In this document: in pieces, positions 47,787 to 58,277 of the stretch
Numbering within the stretch: the first letter of the stretch is position 1
Layout of the letters: each line of letters begins with the position of its first letter
Assembly: GCA_039793425.1 (NCBI GenBank)
Contig: JBAMLT010000192.1
Coordinates: 24,030-88,029 of the forward strand
Reading direction: 5' to 3'
Origin: Caldisericota bacterium
Lineage (GTDB): Bacteria; Caldisericota; Caldisericia; B22-G15
DNA length: 64,000 nt
The notes under the pieces: model-generated
Seen by the model: the letters and a program-made list of their open reading frames with translations, nothing else
Database searches by the model: none
Told to the model about the DNA's origin: nothing
Position numbers and translations under genes: made by a program

Positions 47787-50105
47787 ATGGAAAATAAAAG
47801 AATTTACCCTGTTTTACCGTTAAGAAACGTTGTTGTATTTCCAAATACTGTACTTCCTATTTTTGTAGGAAGAAGAAAATCTCTTTCTTCTTTGGAAGAA
47901 TCTTTAAAAAAAGATAAACTAATAATTTTAGTTACTCAGAGAATTGAAGAAGAGGAAGAGCCAGATGTTGAAGGTCTTTTTACCATTGGGACACTTGCTC
48001 AAATACTTCAGAGTGTTAAATTACCAGATGGTACAGAGAGAGTGATTGTTGAAGCAATTAAAAGAGTGAAAATATTATCTTATACTAAAAAAGAGCCGTT
48101 CTTAGAAGCAGAAGTTCTCGAAATTGATGAAAAATTTGAAAATACTCCCAAACTTGAGGCCTTAACGAGAGTAACTCTTGATCTTTATTCTGAATATGTG
48201 AAGTTGTCAAAAAAAATACCAATTGATACTCTTACAACAATTCAAGATATAGATAACCCTTCAAGATTTGCAGATATTGTTGCTTCAAATATAATTGTTC
48301 CTTTAAGTGATAAACAAAAAATTCTTGAACTTCTTAATATTGAAGAAAGAATTGAATATTTAATAAAAATTCTCTCAAAAGAAGTAGAACTTTTAAGAAT
48401 TAGTAGTGAAATTGAAGAAAAAGTGAAATCTCAAGTTGATAAAACACAAAAAGAATATTTTTTAAGAGAACAATTAAAGGCAATTAAAAAAGAACTTGGT
48501 GAGTCTGAAGAATATGGGGAAGAAGTCGAAGAATATAAAGAAAAGATTAAAAAAAGAAATCTTCCTCAATATGTACTTGATAAATTTAATGAAGAACTGA
48601 AAAGACTTGCTAAAATGCCACCAATGGCAATGGAAGCAAGTGTTATAAGAACATATCTTGACTGGATACTTGACCTACCCTGGGATAAAGAAACAAAAGA
48701 TGAAATTGATATAAAGAAAGCAAAAAAAATACTTGATGAAGATCATTATGGATTAACTGATATAAAAGAAAGAATACTTGAATATCTTGCTGTAAGAAGG
48801 TTAACAAAAAAACCAAAATCACCGATTTTATGTTTCATTGGACCACCTGGTGTTGGTAAAACATCTCTTGGAAAATCTATAGCACGAGCATTGGGAAGAA
48901 AATTTGTTCATGTTTCACTTGGAGGAATTAGAGATGAAGCCGAAATAAGAGGTCATAGAAGAACATATGTAGGAGCACTCCCAGGAAGGATAATTCAGGG
49001 AGTTAAAGAGGCAAATTCTAAAAATCCTGTTTTTTTACTGGATGAGATAGATAAGGTTGGTATAGATTTCAGAGGAGACCCTTCTTCAGCTCTTCTTGAA
49101 GCGCTTGATCCAGATCAAAATTCGCATTTTTCAGATCATTTTATTGAAATTCCATTTGATCTATCTGATGTTCTTTTCATAACAACTGGAAATGTAACTC
49201 ATACAATACCACCTGCTTTGCTTGATAGAATGGAAATAATTTATCTTCCTGGGTATACTGAAGATGAAAAACTTGAAATCGCAAAAAAATATCTTTTCAA
49301 AAAACAACTTGACTATAATGGTTTGACAGAAAAAGATGTAAATATTACAGATGATGCTTATCTTAAAATTATAAGAGAATATACAAGAGAATCTGGTTTA
49401 AGAGAACTTGAAAGGCAAATTTCAAAAATTTTAAGAAAAATAGCAAAAGAGAAACTCGAGAAAGGAAATAAATTTAAAAAAGTTAATATAAATTTAAAAA
49501 ATATCGTTACATATATTGAATATCCACTTTATAGATTTGGTATAAAAGAGGAGAGTGACGAAATTGGTGTAGCGACTGGACTTTCCTGGACTCCTTTTGG
49601 AGGAGACATCACAAAAATTGAAGTAGTTAAAATGAAAGGAAATGGTAAACTTATTCTCACCGGTCAACTTGGTGATGTTATGAAAGAATCAGCACAAGCA
49701 GCATTTTCTTATATCAGAGCCAGAATGGATCATCTAAAAATTAAGGATAAAGAATTTTATAAAAAATATGATTTTCATGTTCATGTACCTGAAGGTGCAG
49801 TGCCAAAAGATGGTCCTTCCGCAGGAATTGCAATGATTGTTGCTATGGTTTCATCCATTACTGAAATTCCAATAAAAAAAGAAGTGGCAATGACTGGTGA
49901 AATTACTCTATCTGGAAAAGTTCTTCCAATTGGTGGATTAAAAATTAAAGTTCTTGCGGCTCATCGTGCTGGGATTAAGGAAATAGTTATTCCAAAAGAT
50001 AATGAAAATGACCTCCATAAAATTCCTGACACCATAAAAAAAGCACTTAAATTTCACTTAATTGAAAGAGTGGAAGAGGGTATTAAATATTCTTTAAGGA
50101 GTTAA
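47787..50105 (+). CDS. lon: ATP-dependent protease Lon
   Basis: LON N-domain, AAA+ Walker A GPPGVGKTS and the proteolytic Ser-Lys dyad region (PKDGPSAGIAM); 772 aa. Confidence 0.95.
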   Translation: MENKRIYPVLPLRNVVVFPNTVLPIFVGRRKSLSSLEESLKKDKLIILVTQRIEEEEEPDVEGLFTIGTLAQILQSVKLPDGTERVIVEAIKRVKILSYTKKEPFLEAEVLEIDEKFENTPKLEALTRVTLDLYSEYVKLSKKIPIDTLTTIQDIDNPSRFADIVASNIIVPLSDKQKILELLNIEERIEYLIKILSKEVELLRISSEIEEKVKSQVDKTQKEYFLREQLKAIKKELGESEEYGEEVEEYKEKIKKRNLPQYVLDKFNEELKRLAKMPPMAMEASVIRTYLDWILDLPWDKETKDEIDIKKAKKILDEDHYGLTDIKERILEYLAVRRLTKKPKSPILCFIGPPGVGKTSLGKSIARALGRKFVHVSLGGIRDEAEIRGHRRTYVGALPGRIIQGVKEANSKNPVFLLDEIDKVGIDFRGDPSSALLEALDPDQNSHFSDHFIEIPFDLSDVLFITTGNVTHTIPPALLDRMEIIYLPGYTEDEKLEIAKKYLFKKQLDYNGLTEKDVNITDDAYLKIIREYTRESGLRELERQISKILRKIAKEKLEKGNKFKKVNINLKNIVTYIEYPLYRFGIKEESDEIGVATGLSWTPFGGDITKIEVVKMKGNGKLILTGQLGDVMKESAQAAFSYIRARMDHLKIKDKEFYKKYDFHVHVPEGAVPKDGPSAGIAMIVAMVSSITEIPIKKEVAMTGEITLSGKVLPIGGLKIKVLAAHRAGIKEIVIPKDNENDLHKIPDTIKKALKFHLIERVEEGIKYSLRS

Positions 50106-50108
50106 AAT

Positions 50109-51722
50109 TTGTTTTTAAAGGTTTTTTTGCCTTTAATTGGTGGTATAGCATTATTCATTTATGGTATCCACATAACAAGTGAAGGAATTCAAAAGGCATT
50201 AGCCCAAAAATTAAAAAATATCCTCGAGAAAACCACATCAAATCCGGTTATGGGTGTTTTACTTGGTTTCATTGTTACTGCTATAATTCAATCAAGTTCA
50301 GCAACAACAGTTATAGTTGTTAGTTTGGTAAATAGTGGTTTAATGAATCCTTTCCAAGCAGTCGGAGTTATTTTTGGAGCAAATATTGGAACAACGATAA
50401 CTGCTCAGATAATTGCTTTAAAAATTACAAAGTATGGTTTTTTGATATTTACTATTGGTTTTTTAATGCAATTTCTTCCTTTTAAGAAAAGAATTAAATA
50501 TTTCGGTCAGTTTATAATGGGATTTGGTTTAATATTTATTGCTATAGAAATTATGGCATCTTCTGTTTCTCCTTTGAAAAATGATCCAAAAATTAAAGAG
50601 ATATTCCTAAGTCTTGGAAAGATTCCTATTCTTGGACTTTTAGCAGGACTAATTTTTACGATGATCCAGCAAAGTAGTAGTGTTACTGTAGGAATAGTTG
50701 AGGCATTGGGTATGGAAGGATTACTTAACATAAATTCGGCATTTCCAATAATATTAGGAGCCAATATTGGCACAACAATAACAGCAGTAATAGCAAGTGT
50801 TGGAACAAATATTGCCGCAAAAAGAAGCGCTCTTGCTCATGTTCTATTTAATGTAATTGGTGCGATGTTATTTCTATTAATTTTAAATCCATACATAAAT
50901 TTTATTAAGATGATAACACCAAATACAGTTAATCAAATTGCAAACTCTCATACACTTTTTAATGTCATAAATACACTAATTTTTCTACCTTTTACATATC
51001 AGTTTGTAAAATTACTTCAAAAAATAATACCAGGGGAAGATATCATTATTGAAACAGGAGTCAAATATCTAAATAAATCTATTCTAAAATCACCAATTGT
51101 TGCTTATGATGCTCTTATAAAAGAGGTAGTAAGATTATCATCAATAGTTGAAAATAATTTTTTATGTCTGAAGGAATTAATATTTAAAAGTAATAAAAGC
51201 ATAACAAGAGAGATAACTCAAAGAGAAGAAACTATTAATTTTGTAAATAAAGAAATCTCAAGATATGTACCTTTAATAACATCGTTAAATCTTCCTGAGA
51301 AAGAAATAAAAATGGTTCCTCAAATTTTAACAATTTCATCACAATTAGAAAGAATAGGTGATTTAATTGATAATACTTCTCAATTAGAATTACAAAGACT
51401 TGAGGAAAGAATACCATATTCTCAGTATGCTATGAAAGAACTGCTTGATATGTTTGATTATGTCCATAAAAATTATTCTATTGTAAAAGATAATTTATTT
51501 ACATTAAATTCGGGGGATTTTGAAGAGATAAGAAAGAATGAAAAAATAATAGATGAATATGAAGATGAAATGAGAGAGCATCACATAGAAAGATTAAAAG
51601 AAGGTATATGCTCTAATGAAGCAGGTGTTATTTATCTTGATGTTATTTCAAATCTTGAAAGAATGGGTGACCATATAATAAAAATTGCAAATATTGTTTA
51701 TCAAACAAAAAATATGATATAA
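50109..51722 (+). CDS. Na+/phosphate cotransporter (NptA-type, with a C-terminal PhoU-like domain)
   Basis: Duplicated QSSSATT/QSSSVTV transporter repeats and a C-terminal PhoU-like helical domain; TTG start. Confidence 0.8.
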   Translation: MFLKVFLPLIGGIALFIYGIHITSEGIQKALAQKLKNILEKTTSNPVMGVLLGFIVTAIIQSSSATTVIVVSLVNSGLMNPFQAVGVIFGANIGTTITAQIIALKITKYGFLIFTIGFLMQFLPFKKRIKYFGQFIMGFGLIFIAIEIMASSVSPLKNDPKIKEIFLSLGKIPILGLLAGLIFTMIQQSSSVTVGIVEALGMEGLLNINSAFPIILGANIGTTITAVIASVGTNIAAKRSALAHVLFNVIGAMLFLLILNPYINFIKMITPNTVNQIANSHTLFNVINTLIFLPFTYQFVKLLQKIIPGEDIIIETGVKYLNKSILKSPIVAYDALIKEVVRLSSIVENNFLCLKELIFKSNKSITREITQREETINFVNKEISRYVPLITSLNLPEKEIKMVPQILTISSQLERIGDLIDNTSQLELQRLEERIPYSQYAMKELLDMFDYVHKNYSIVKDNLFTLNSGDFEEIRKNEKIIDEYEDEMREHHIERLKEGICSNEAGVIYLDVISNLERMGDHIIKIANIVYQTKNMI

Positions 51723-51794
51723 TAATTTACGCGAAAGGAGGTGAGATTAAATAGAAAATTTTTTAGTAAAATCAAACCTAAAAGGAGGGTATAA

Positions 51795-53153
51795 ATGAAG
51801 AAAACTTTAACAATTTTCTTAGTATTAATTTTAATTGCTGTAGTTTTTGCTGGATGTGCAAAAACTACAGGTACAGTTACAGGGACTGTAACAGACAAAG
51901 CAACTGGTAAGGCGGTTCCTGGAGCAGCAGTTTCAATTGGTGGAAAAACAGCAACAACTGGAAATGATGGAAAATATGAAGTTAAAGATGTACCAAAAGG
52001 TGAACAAACACTTAAAATATCTTTAAAGGGTTATAAAGATTTCACAGATAAATTAACCGTGGAAGGTGGAAAAACATTAACAAAGGATGTCGTTTTATCT
52101 CCTGTAATAAAGATAGGATTAGTTACTGATGTTGGTGGTAGAGGTGATAAATCATTCAATGATTCAGCACTTCGTGGTCTTGAAGCTTGGGCTGCAGGTC
52201 TTAAGATGGTAGCGGGTGTTGGATATCAACCATTAACTGATGATGAATATAATAAATCAATAACCGATGAGGCACCAGATCTTGTTGGTCGTGGAATTAA
52301 AAAATTCGATGTTGAACCACTTGTTCTCGAATCTAAAGCAAATGAAGATTATGTTCCAAACTTAAAGAAATTAGCAGATGAAGGAGCAAAACTTGTTATT
52401 GGTGTTGGATTTATGTTAACTGATGCTATTAAAGAAGTTGCTCCTCAATATCCAAATACATACTTTATGTTAATTGATGGTGTAATTGATCCAGCACCAG
52501 CAAATGTTGTATGTTATACATTCAAAGAGCAAGAAGGCTCATTCCTTGTTGGTGCATTAGTTGGACAAATGACAAAGAAAAATATAGTTGGATTTGTTGG
52601 TGGTATGGATCTATACATTATTCATAAATTTGAATATGGTTATAGAGCAGGTGTTAAGACAGTTAATCCTAAAGCAAAGGTTTTAAGTGGCTATACTGGT
52701 AACTTCACAAGTGCAGATGATGGACAAAAAATTGCAAAACAGCAATTTGATGCTGGTGCAGATATTGTCTATCATGCTTCAGGTGCTTGCGGAATTGGTG
52801 TTATTAAAGAAGCACAAGCAAGAGGTGAAGGTTACTTTGCAGTTGGAGTTGACTCTGACCAAGATTATATGGCACCAGGAAGAGTTTTAACATCAATGAT
52901 TAAGCATGTCGATTATGCAGTATGGCTTTCAATACAATCAGTAATTGAAGGTACATTCAAACCAGGTATAGTTTCACTTGGTGTTAAAGAAGGTGGAGTT
53001 GGAATTTCTCCTCTTAAATATACAAAAGATATAATACCAGCAACAGTTCTCGCCAAAGTTGAAACACTTAAGAATATGATCGCTAATGGTCAAATTGTAG
53101 TACCAGATGAAAAAGATCCATTTGATAAATTTGTTCCTCCTACAGTTCCATAA
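51795..53153 (+). CDS. BMP-family (PnrA/Med-like) ABC substrate-binding lipoprotein with an extra N-terminal carboxypeptidase-regulatory-like beta-sandwich domain
   Basis: Lipobox VFAGC; a CarbopepD_reg-like segment (GTVTDKATGKAVPGAAVSIGGKTATTGNDGKYEV..GEQTLKISLKGYKD); then the BMP core (IGLVTDVGGRGDKSFND). Confidence 0.8.
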   Translation: MKKTLTIFLVLILIAVVFAGCAKTTGTVTGTVTDKATGKAVPGAAVSIGGKTATTGNDGKYEVKDVPKGEQTLKISLKGYKDFTDKLTVEGGKTLTKDVVLSPVIKIGLVTDVGGRGDKSFNDSALRGLEAWAAGLKMVAGVGYQPLTDDEYNKSITDEAPDLVGRGIKKFDVEPLVLESKANEDYVPNLKKLADEGAKLVIGVGFMLTDAIKEVAPQYPNTYFMLIDGVIDPAPANVVCYTFKEQEGSFLVGALVGQMTKKNIVGFVGGMDLYIIHKFEYGYRAGVKTVNPKAKVLSGYTGNFTSADDGQKIAKQQFDAGADIVYHASGACGIGVIKEAQARGEGYFAVGVDSDQDYMAPGRVLTSMIKHVDYAVWLSIQSVIEGTFKPGIVSLGVKEGGVGISPLKYTKDIIPATVLAKVETLKNMIANGQIVVPDEKDPFDKFVPPTVP

Positions 53154-53173
53154 TATTAGTTAAAGAAATTTAT

Positions 53174-53205
53174 GGGTGGGGAACCACTCCCCACCCTTTT
53201 TTTTT
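53174..53205 (+). terminator. Strong rho-independent terminator/attenuator between the BMP binding-protein gene and the ABC ATPase
   Basis: GGGTGGGG-aaccact-CCCCACCC, an 8-bp GC stem, followed by T9. Confidence 0.8.
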
Positions 53206-53220
53206 AAACAGGAGGAAAAT

Positions 53221-54753
53221 TTGGAATATGCCATTGAGTTAAAAAATATTACAAAAATTTTCCCTGGGGTTCTTGCAAATGATAATATCTCCTTACAAAT
53301 AAAAAAAGGAGAGGTTTTTGCAATTGTTGGTGAAAATGGCGCAGGTAAAACAACTCTTATGAATATAATTTATGGTTTATATACTGCAAATAGTGGTGAA
53401 ATTTATATTAATGGTAAGAGAATTTTGCATAACACACCAAAAAAAGCAATTGAACTTGGCATAGGAATGGTTCATCAACATTTTATGCTTGTTCCAATAT
53501 TTTCAGTTTATGAAAATATAATTTTGGGAAAAGAATATATAAAAAATGGAATGATTCTTGACAAAAAAAAGGGCATTGAAGAAGTAAAAAAAATCTCAGA
53601 ACAATATGGACTTAAGGTTGATCCAAAAGAAATAGTTGGTAATCTTCCAGTAGGAATACAACAAAGAGTTGAAATATTAAAAGTTTTATTTAGGGGTGCA
53701 GAAATTTTGATTCTTGATGAGCCAACAGCAGTTTTAACTCCTCAAGAAACAAAAGAACTTTTTGAAACAATAAAAGCGTTAAAAAAGAATAATAAAACAA
53801 TTTTATTTATTTCACATAAATTGAAAGAAGTTCTCGAAATTGCTGATAGAATTTGTGTATTAAAAAATGGAAAGGTAATGGGAATTAAAAATAAAGAGGA
53901 AACAAACGAAAGAGAACTTGCAAGACTTATGGTTGGAAGAGATGTTGTTCTTGAGATTCCGAAAAAAGAGAAAGAGCCAGGAGAACCAATTCTTGAAGTA
54001 AAAGACCTTTTCATCATGAGCGATAAAGGTATTCCTGCTATTAAAGGAATAAATTTCAAATTAAGGAAATATGAAATACTTGGAATTGCTGGAGTTGAAG
54101 GAAATGGTCAAAAGGAACTTGTTGAAGCATTGAATGGATTAAGACCAATATATAGTGGAAAAATTTTAATAAATGGTAAAGAAATAAGCAATTTTGATCC
54201 TTGGTTTTTTAGAAAAAATGGCTTTGCATATATACCTGAAGATAGAAGAGTAAGGGGATTGGTTTTACCTTTCAGTGTTTCATATAACCTTTTTTTGGGA
54301 AGACAAAGAGAAAAAAATTTTAAAAAGGGAAACTTTTTAAATAGTAACTATATAAAAGTTTTCAGCTCAAATAAGGTTGAAGAATATGATATTAGACCGA
54401 GAAATCCAAATCTAAAAGTTGATGATTTATCTGGTGGAAATCAACAAAAGGTTATTGTTGCAAGAGAAGTATCTTATGACCCAGATGTTCTTGTTGCCTC
54501 ACAACCAACAAGAGGACTTGATGTTGGAGCAACAGAATTTGTCCATAAAAAACTTGTTGAGCAAAGAGATTCTGGGAAAGCAGTTCTATTAATTTCACTT
54601 GAACTTGAAGAAATAATGATGTTGTCAGATAGAATTGCTGTTTTATTCAATGGCGAAATAGTTGGCGAACTATCACAAGAGGAAGCAACAGAGGAAGAAC
54701 TTGGTCTTCTTATGCTTGGTCTAAAAAGATATGATAAAAAAGGGGTGAGTTAA
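53221..54753 (+). CDS. ABC transporter ATP-binding protein with duplicated ATPase domains (nucleoside/sugar type)
   Basis: Two NBDs (GENGAGKTT plus signature and Walker B). A TTG start at 53221, 6 nt after GGAGG, is more plausible than the track's GTG at 53176, which lies inside the terminator stem. Confidence 0.85.
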   Translation: MEYAIELKNITKIFPGVLANDNISLQIKKGEVFAIVGENGAGKTTLMNIIYGLYTANSGEIYINGKRILHNTPKKAIELGIGMVHQHFMLVPIFSVYENIILGKEYIKNGMILDKKKGIEEVKKISEQYGLKVDPKEIVGNLPVGIQQRVEILKVLFRGAEILILDEPTAVLTPQETKELFETIKALKKNNKTILFISHKLKEVLEIADRICVLKNGKVMGIKNKEETNERELARLMVGRDVVLEIPKKEKEPGEPILEVKDLFIMSDKGIPAIKGINFKLRKYEILGIAGVEGNGQKELVEALNGLRPIYSGKILINGKEISNFDPWFFRKNGFAYIPEDRRVRGLVLPFSVSYNLFLGRQREKNFKKGNFLNSNYIKVFSSNKVEEYDIRPRNPNLKVDDLSGGNQQKVIVAREVSYDPDVLVASQPTRGLDVGATEFVHKKLVEQRDSGKAVLLISLELEEIMMLSDRIAVLFNGEIVGELSQEEATEEELGLLMLGLKRYDKKGVS

Positions 54754-55907
54754 TGAAAAACTTAGCCTTTGATAATATCAATAAAATTTTAAATTGGTGG
54801 AATGCAAAAAAGGAAGATATCTCAACATTTCTTGTGCCAATAATATCCATTATTATCGCTTTTTTTGTTGCAGCAATTATGATAAAAATGACAGGTAAAA
54901 GCCCTATTGCAGCATATAAACTCCTTTTTCAGGGTGCACTTGGCCGTTCCTTAAAAGAATTCTTATCTTTAAAGCAGGCAGGCGAAGGAATACTTAAAGG
55001 AGCAATATTAACATTAACAGGACTCTCAGTTACTGTTGCATTTAAGGCTGGACTATTTAATATTGGAGCAGAAGGACAATTTATAGTTGGAGCAATAGTT
55101 GCTGCATATTTTGGTTTTAAATTTAATTTACCTCCAATAATAGGTATCCCATTAATTCTTATAATAGTCGGCGTTACCTCTGGTTTATATGGTGCATTTG
55201 CTGCATGGCTAAAAATAAAAAGAGGAGTACATGAAGTTATCACAACAATAATGTTAAACTGGATTGCTATACATCTTGTAGAAAACTGGATTGTAGTTGG
55301 ACCTTTCAATATTTTAAGATATAACCCTCAGGCTGTTCTTGCAGGAACTCCATATATTTCTGATTCCTCAAGGTTAAAGCCCTTATTTGCTGGAACAAGA
55401 CTTAACTCTTCAATTTTTATTGCAATTATTGCAGTAATAGTAATTTATATAATAATAAATAAAACAGTTCTCGGATATGAAATTAAGGCTACTGGACTAA
55501 ATATAGATGCAGCAAAATATGCAGGTATTAATACTTCAAAAACAATGATAGTGTCGATGTTTATAGCAGGTGCACTTTCTGGAATAAGTGGAGCATGTAT
55601 GATTTTAGGAACTGAAGGTAGATACCCCGGCGTTTTTAGACCTGGTTATGGATTTGATGGTATAACCATGTCTTTAATAGGTAATACAACTCCTGTTGGT
55701 ACATTTATTGCTGCAATATTTTTTGGTCTTCTAAGAGCAGGTGCAACTGGAATGCAATTAATAGGAATTCATAAAACTTTTGCTGATATAATTCAAGGTG
55801 TTGCAACAATTTTTGTTGCAGGACAGACAGGAATAAAATATCTTCTTTTCTTGATTGGAGAAAAAAGGGTAGTGAAGCCCAGGGAGGCACATGATGGAAG
55901 TTATTAA
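54753..55907 (+). CDS. ABC transporter permease (BMP/nucleoside system, first permease)
   Basis: Polytopic membrane protein of the BPD family, following the tandem ATPase. Confidence 0.85.
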   Translation: MKNLAFDNINKILNWWNAKKEDISTFLVPIISIIIAFFVAAIMIKMTGKSPIAAYKLLFQGALGRSLKEFLSLKQAGEGILKGAILTLTGLSVTVAFKAGLFNIGAEGQFIVGAIVAAYFGFKFNLPPIIGIPLILIIVGVTSGLYGAFAAWLKIKRGVHEVITTIMLNWIAIHLVENWIVVGPFNILRYNPQAVLAGTPYISDSSRLKPLFAGTRLNSSIFIAIIAVIVIYIIINKTVLGYEIKATGLNIDAAKYAGINTSKTMIVSMFIAGALSGISGACMILGTEGRYPGVFRPGYGFDGITMSLIGNTTPVGTFIAAIFFGLLRAGATGMQLIGIHKTFADIIQGVATIFVAGQTGIKYLLFLIGEKRVVKPREAHDGSY

Positions 55908-56889
55908 AATAATAATATCTTTTCTTTCATCAATGCTTCAATTCGCAACACCAATTATAATTGCTGGATTGGGTGGAGTTATCAGTGAAAATGCTGGAGT
56001 GACTAATATTGCTCTTGAAGGTATGATGAGAATGGGTGGATTTTTTGCAGTTTTTGGTGCTTATATTTCCTCAAATAAAATTGATCCAATTCTTGGTGGT
56101 AGAGACCCACTTGCTGGAAATCCCTGGGTTGGAATATTACTTGCAATTATTATTGGAATATTAGCAGGATTACTCCATGGATATATATCTATATCATTAA
56201 AAGGAAATCAAATTGTATCGGCTGTTGCCATAAATGTTTTTGCTCTTGGCGGTATGACTTTCTTTCTCGAAAGATATTTCAATACAACAGGTCATTCACC
56301 TTCAGTTAACTCTTTTATGGGAAAACCATTTATACCTATACTTGCTAAAATTCCGATAGTAGGAGAATTGTTTAGGGTTATGAATGTTTTTGTATGGCTT
56401 GCTCTAATTCTCCCATTTGTGGTACATTTTTATCTATATCATACCCATTGGGGATTAAGACATAGAGCAGTTGGAGAACATCCAAAAGCAGCAGATACCC
56501 TTGGTGTTGATGTTTACAAGGTAAGATATTTCGCAGTAATAATGTCTGGGGTATTCGCAGCACTTGCAGGTGCATCAATGTCAATTGGACAACTTGATCT
56601 ATTTGATAACCATATGCCTGCAGGTTTAGGATTTATTGCTCTTGCTGCTATGATATTTGGAAAATGGAAGCCTCTTGGTACACTTTTAGCAGCCCTATTT
56701 TTCACTCTTGCTAATGTTGTTCAAATATTTATTCAAACTTATGCTCCTCAAGTTTTAAAAATAATTCCGAGAGGATTTTTCCTTGCTCTCCCATATTTTC
56801 TAACAATATTGATTCTTGCAGGATTTGTTGGAAAAGCAACTCCTCCTGCTGCTGATGGTGTTCCATATGAAAAGGGCGAAAAATTATAA
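55891..56889 (+). CDS. ABC transporter permease (BMP/nucleoside system, second permease)
   Basis: Polytopic membrane protein, paired with the upstream permease. Confidence 0.85.
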   Translation: MMEVIKIIISFLSSMLQFATPIIIAGLGGVISENAGVTNIALEGMMRMGGFFAVFGAYISSNKIDPILGGRDPLAGNPWVGILLAIIIGILAGLLHGYISISLKGNQIVSAVAINVFALGGMTFFLERYFNTTGHSPSVNSFMGKPFIPILAKIPIVGELFRVMNVFVWLALILPFVVHFYLYHTHWGLRHRAVGEHPKAADTLGVDVYKVRYFAVIMSGVFAALAGASMSIGQLDLFDNHMPAGLGFIALAAMIFGKWKPLGTLLAALFFTLANVVQIFIQTYAPQVLKIIPRGFFLALPYFLTILILAGFVGKATPPAADGVPYEKGEKL

Positions 56890-57787
56890 TAAAGAAACTT
56901 TTATCTTTTCAGATGAGTTCAAGGGTTCTTGTTATCCTCATTTGTGTTTTGAAACTACACTAATTTCTTTTGGGTTACCTTATCCTGAAAATTTAAAAAT
57001 TGCAAAAATGGCAGAAGATATAACAAGAAAAAATAATATTGTACCTCTAACTATAGGCATTAAAAATGGAAAGATTCTAATTGGTATTAAAGATGATGAT
57101 TTTGATTTTTTTGCTAAAAGTAAGGAAATTATTAAGGTTAATATGAGAGATATTCCTTATGTTTTATCTACTGGAAAAAGTGGTGCTTTAACCATTTCTG
57201 GAATGCTTTTTGTAATGAATCATCTCGGATTAAAATTTCTTGCATCAGGAGGTCTTGGTGGAATTCATAGAGATTTTGAGACTACATTTGATATTTCATC
57301 TGATTTAACTGCACTTTCAAAATATAAAACAGTAGTTATAACTTCAGGATTCAAATCGATACTTGATATTAAAAAAACTTGGGAACTTTTAGAAACTCTC
57401 GGGGTTATTGTTATTGGATATAATACAGATAAACTACCAGGTTTTTATTTTAGAGAAACAGATATCAATTTAAATTATTACTTTTATGATTTAAATAAAC
57501 TTGTCGATTTTCTTCATCACTGGGAATATTTCAGCGATTCCTCTGTATTAATTGTGAACCCGATACCAAAAGAAGATGAGATAGACAAATATGAGTTTGA
57601 AAAAATTATGGAAGAGGTTGAAAAAGAATTGAAAAAGAAAAAAATAATAGGTAAAGATGTAACTCCTTTTCTTTTAAATAACATTCATAAAAAATCAAAG
57701 GGAAAAACAATAAAAGCAAATAAATCTTTGATTTTAAGTAATGCAAAACTTGGTAGTGAAATCTCAAAAGGTTTCTTTGAGTTATAA
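56867..57787 (+). CDS. psuG: Pseudouridine-5'-phosphate glycosidase
   Basis: IndA/PsuG pattern (the LASGGLGGIHRDFE region). The start is taken at the ATG at 56867 (MKRAKNY) rather than the track's 56816. Confidence 0.8.
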   Translation: MKRAKNYNKETFIFSDEFKGSCYPHLCFETTLISFGLPYPENLKIAKMAEDITRKNNIVPLTIGIKNGKILIGIKDDDFDFFAKSKEIIKVNMRDIPYVLSTGKSGALTISGMLFVMNHLGLKFLASGGLGGIHRDFETTFDISSDLTALSKYKTVVITSGFKSILDIKKTWELLETLGVIVIGYNTDKLPGFYFRETDINLNYYFYDLNKLVDFLHHWEYFSDSSVLIVNPIPKEDEIDKYEFEKIMEEVEKELKKKKIIGKDVTPFLLNNIHKKSKGKTIKANKSLILSNAKLGSEISKGFFEL

Positions 57788-58277
57788 GATTCTAATAAAA
57801 AATTTAATTGATATTAAAAAGTTATTGATAAAAAATAAAAAGACTGTAAGTATTGCCGAATCCTGTTCAGGTGGTTATCTTTCATATTTTTTTACCTTTT
57901 TACCTGGTTCATCAAATTTTTTTAAAGGTTCAATAGTTACTTATACTGATGAAATTAAAGAAGAAATTTTGAATGTTAATGAGAATAATATTAAAAATTA
58001 TGGTGCTGTTAGCAAAGAAGTCTCAATTGATATGGCAAAAAATGTAAAGAATAAATTTTCAACTGATTATGGAATATCAATTACTGGAAATTTAGGTCCT
58101 GTTCCTTCTGAAAATAAAGAAATTGGTTTGATTTTTCTCACAATTTTATCTAAAAACACAAATCTAACAAAAATTTTTAATATTAAAGGAAATAGAGAAG
58201 AAATCAGAAAAAAATTGGTGTACAATACAATTTATTTATTTAATAAGTTTTTAAAGGAGGATTTAAAAATTAATTGA
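57741..58277 (+). CDS. CinA C-terminal domain protein (PncC-type nicotinamide-nucleotide amidohydrolase family)
   Basis: AESCSGG motif and CinA_C topology. The true start is probably downstream of the track's ATG, which overlaps psuG. Confidence 0.8.
   Translation: MQNLVVKSQKVSLSYKILIKNLIDIKKLLIKNKKTVSIAESCSGGYLSYFFTFLPGSSNFFKGSIVTYTDEIKEEILNVNENNIKNYGAVSKEVSIDMAKNVKNKFSTDYGISITGNLGPVPSENKEIGLIFLTILSKNTNLTKIFNIKGNREEIRKKLVYNTIYLFNKFLKEDLKIN

Noticed and set aside
51737-51794. A 17-codon GTG-initiated upstream ORF ending in TAA directly abutting the ATG of the BMP lipoprotein gene (possible leader peptide)
   Set aside because: The GTG overlaps the GGAGG it would need as its SD (zero spacing), and the peptide (VRLNRKFFSKIKPKRRV) has no regulatory amino-acid bias. 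It is most likely a chance frame in the RBS region.
53176-53220. GTG start at 53176 for the ABC ATPase (track ORF), which adds MGNHSPPFFFKQEEN
   Set aside because: Those codons are the GGGTGGGG...CCCCACCC-T9 terminator stem itself. A TTG at 53221 with a properly spaced GGAGG gives the canonical MEYAIELKNITK N-terminus.
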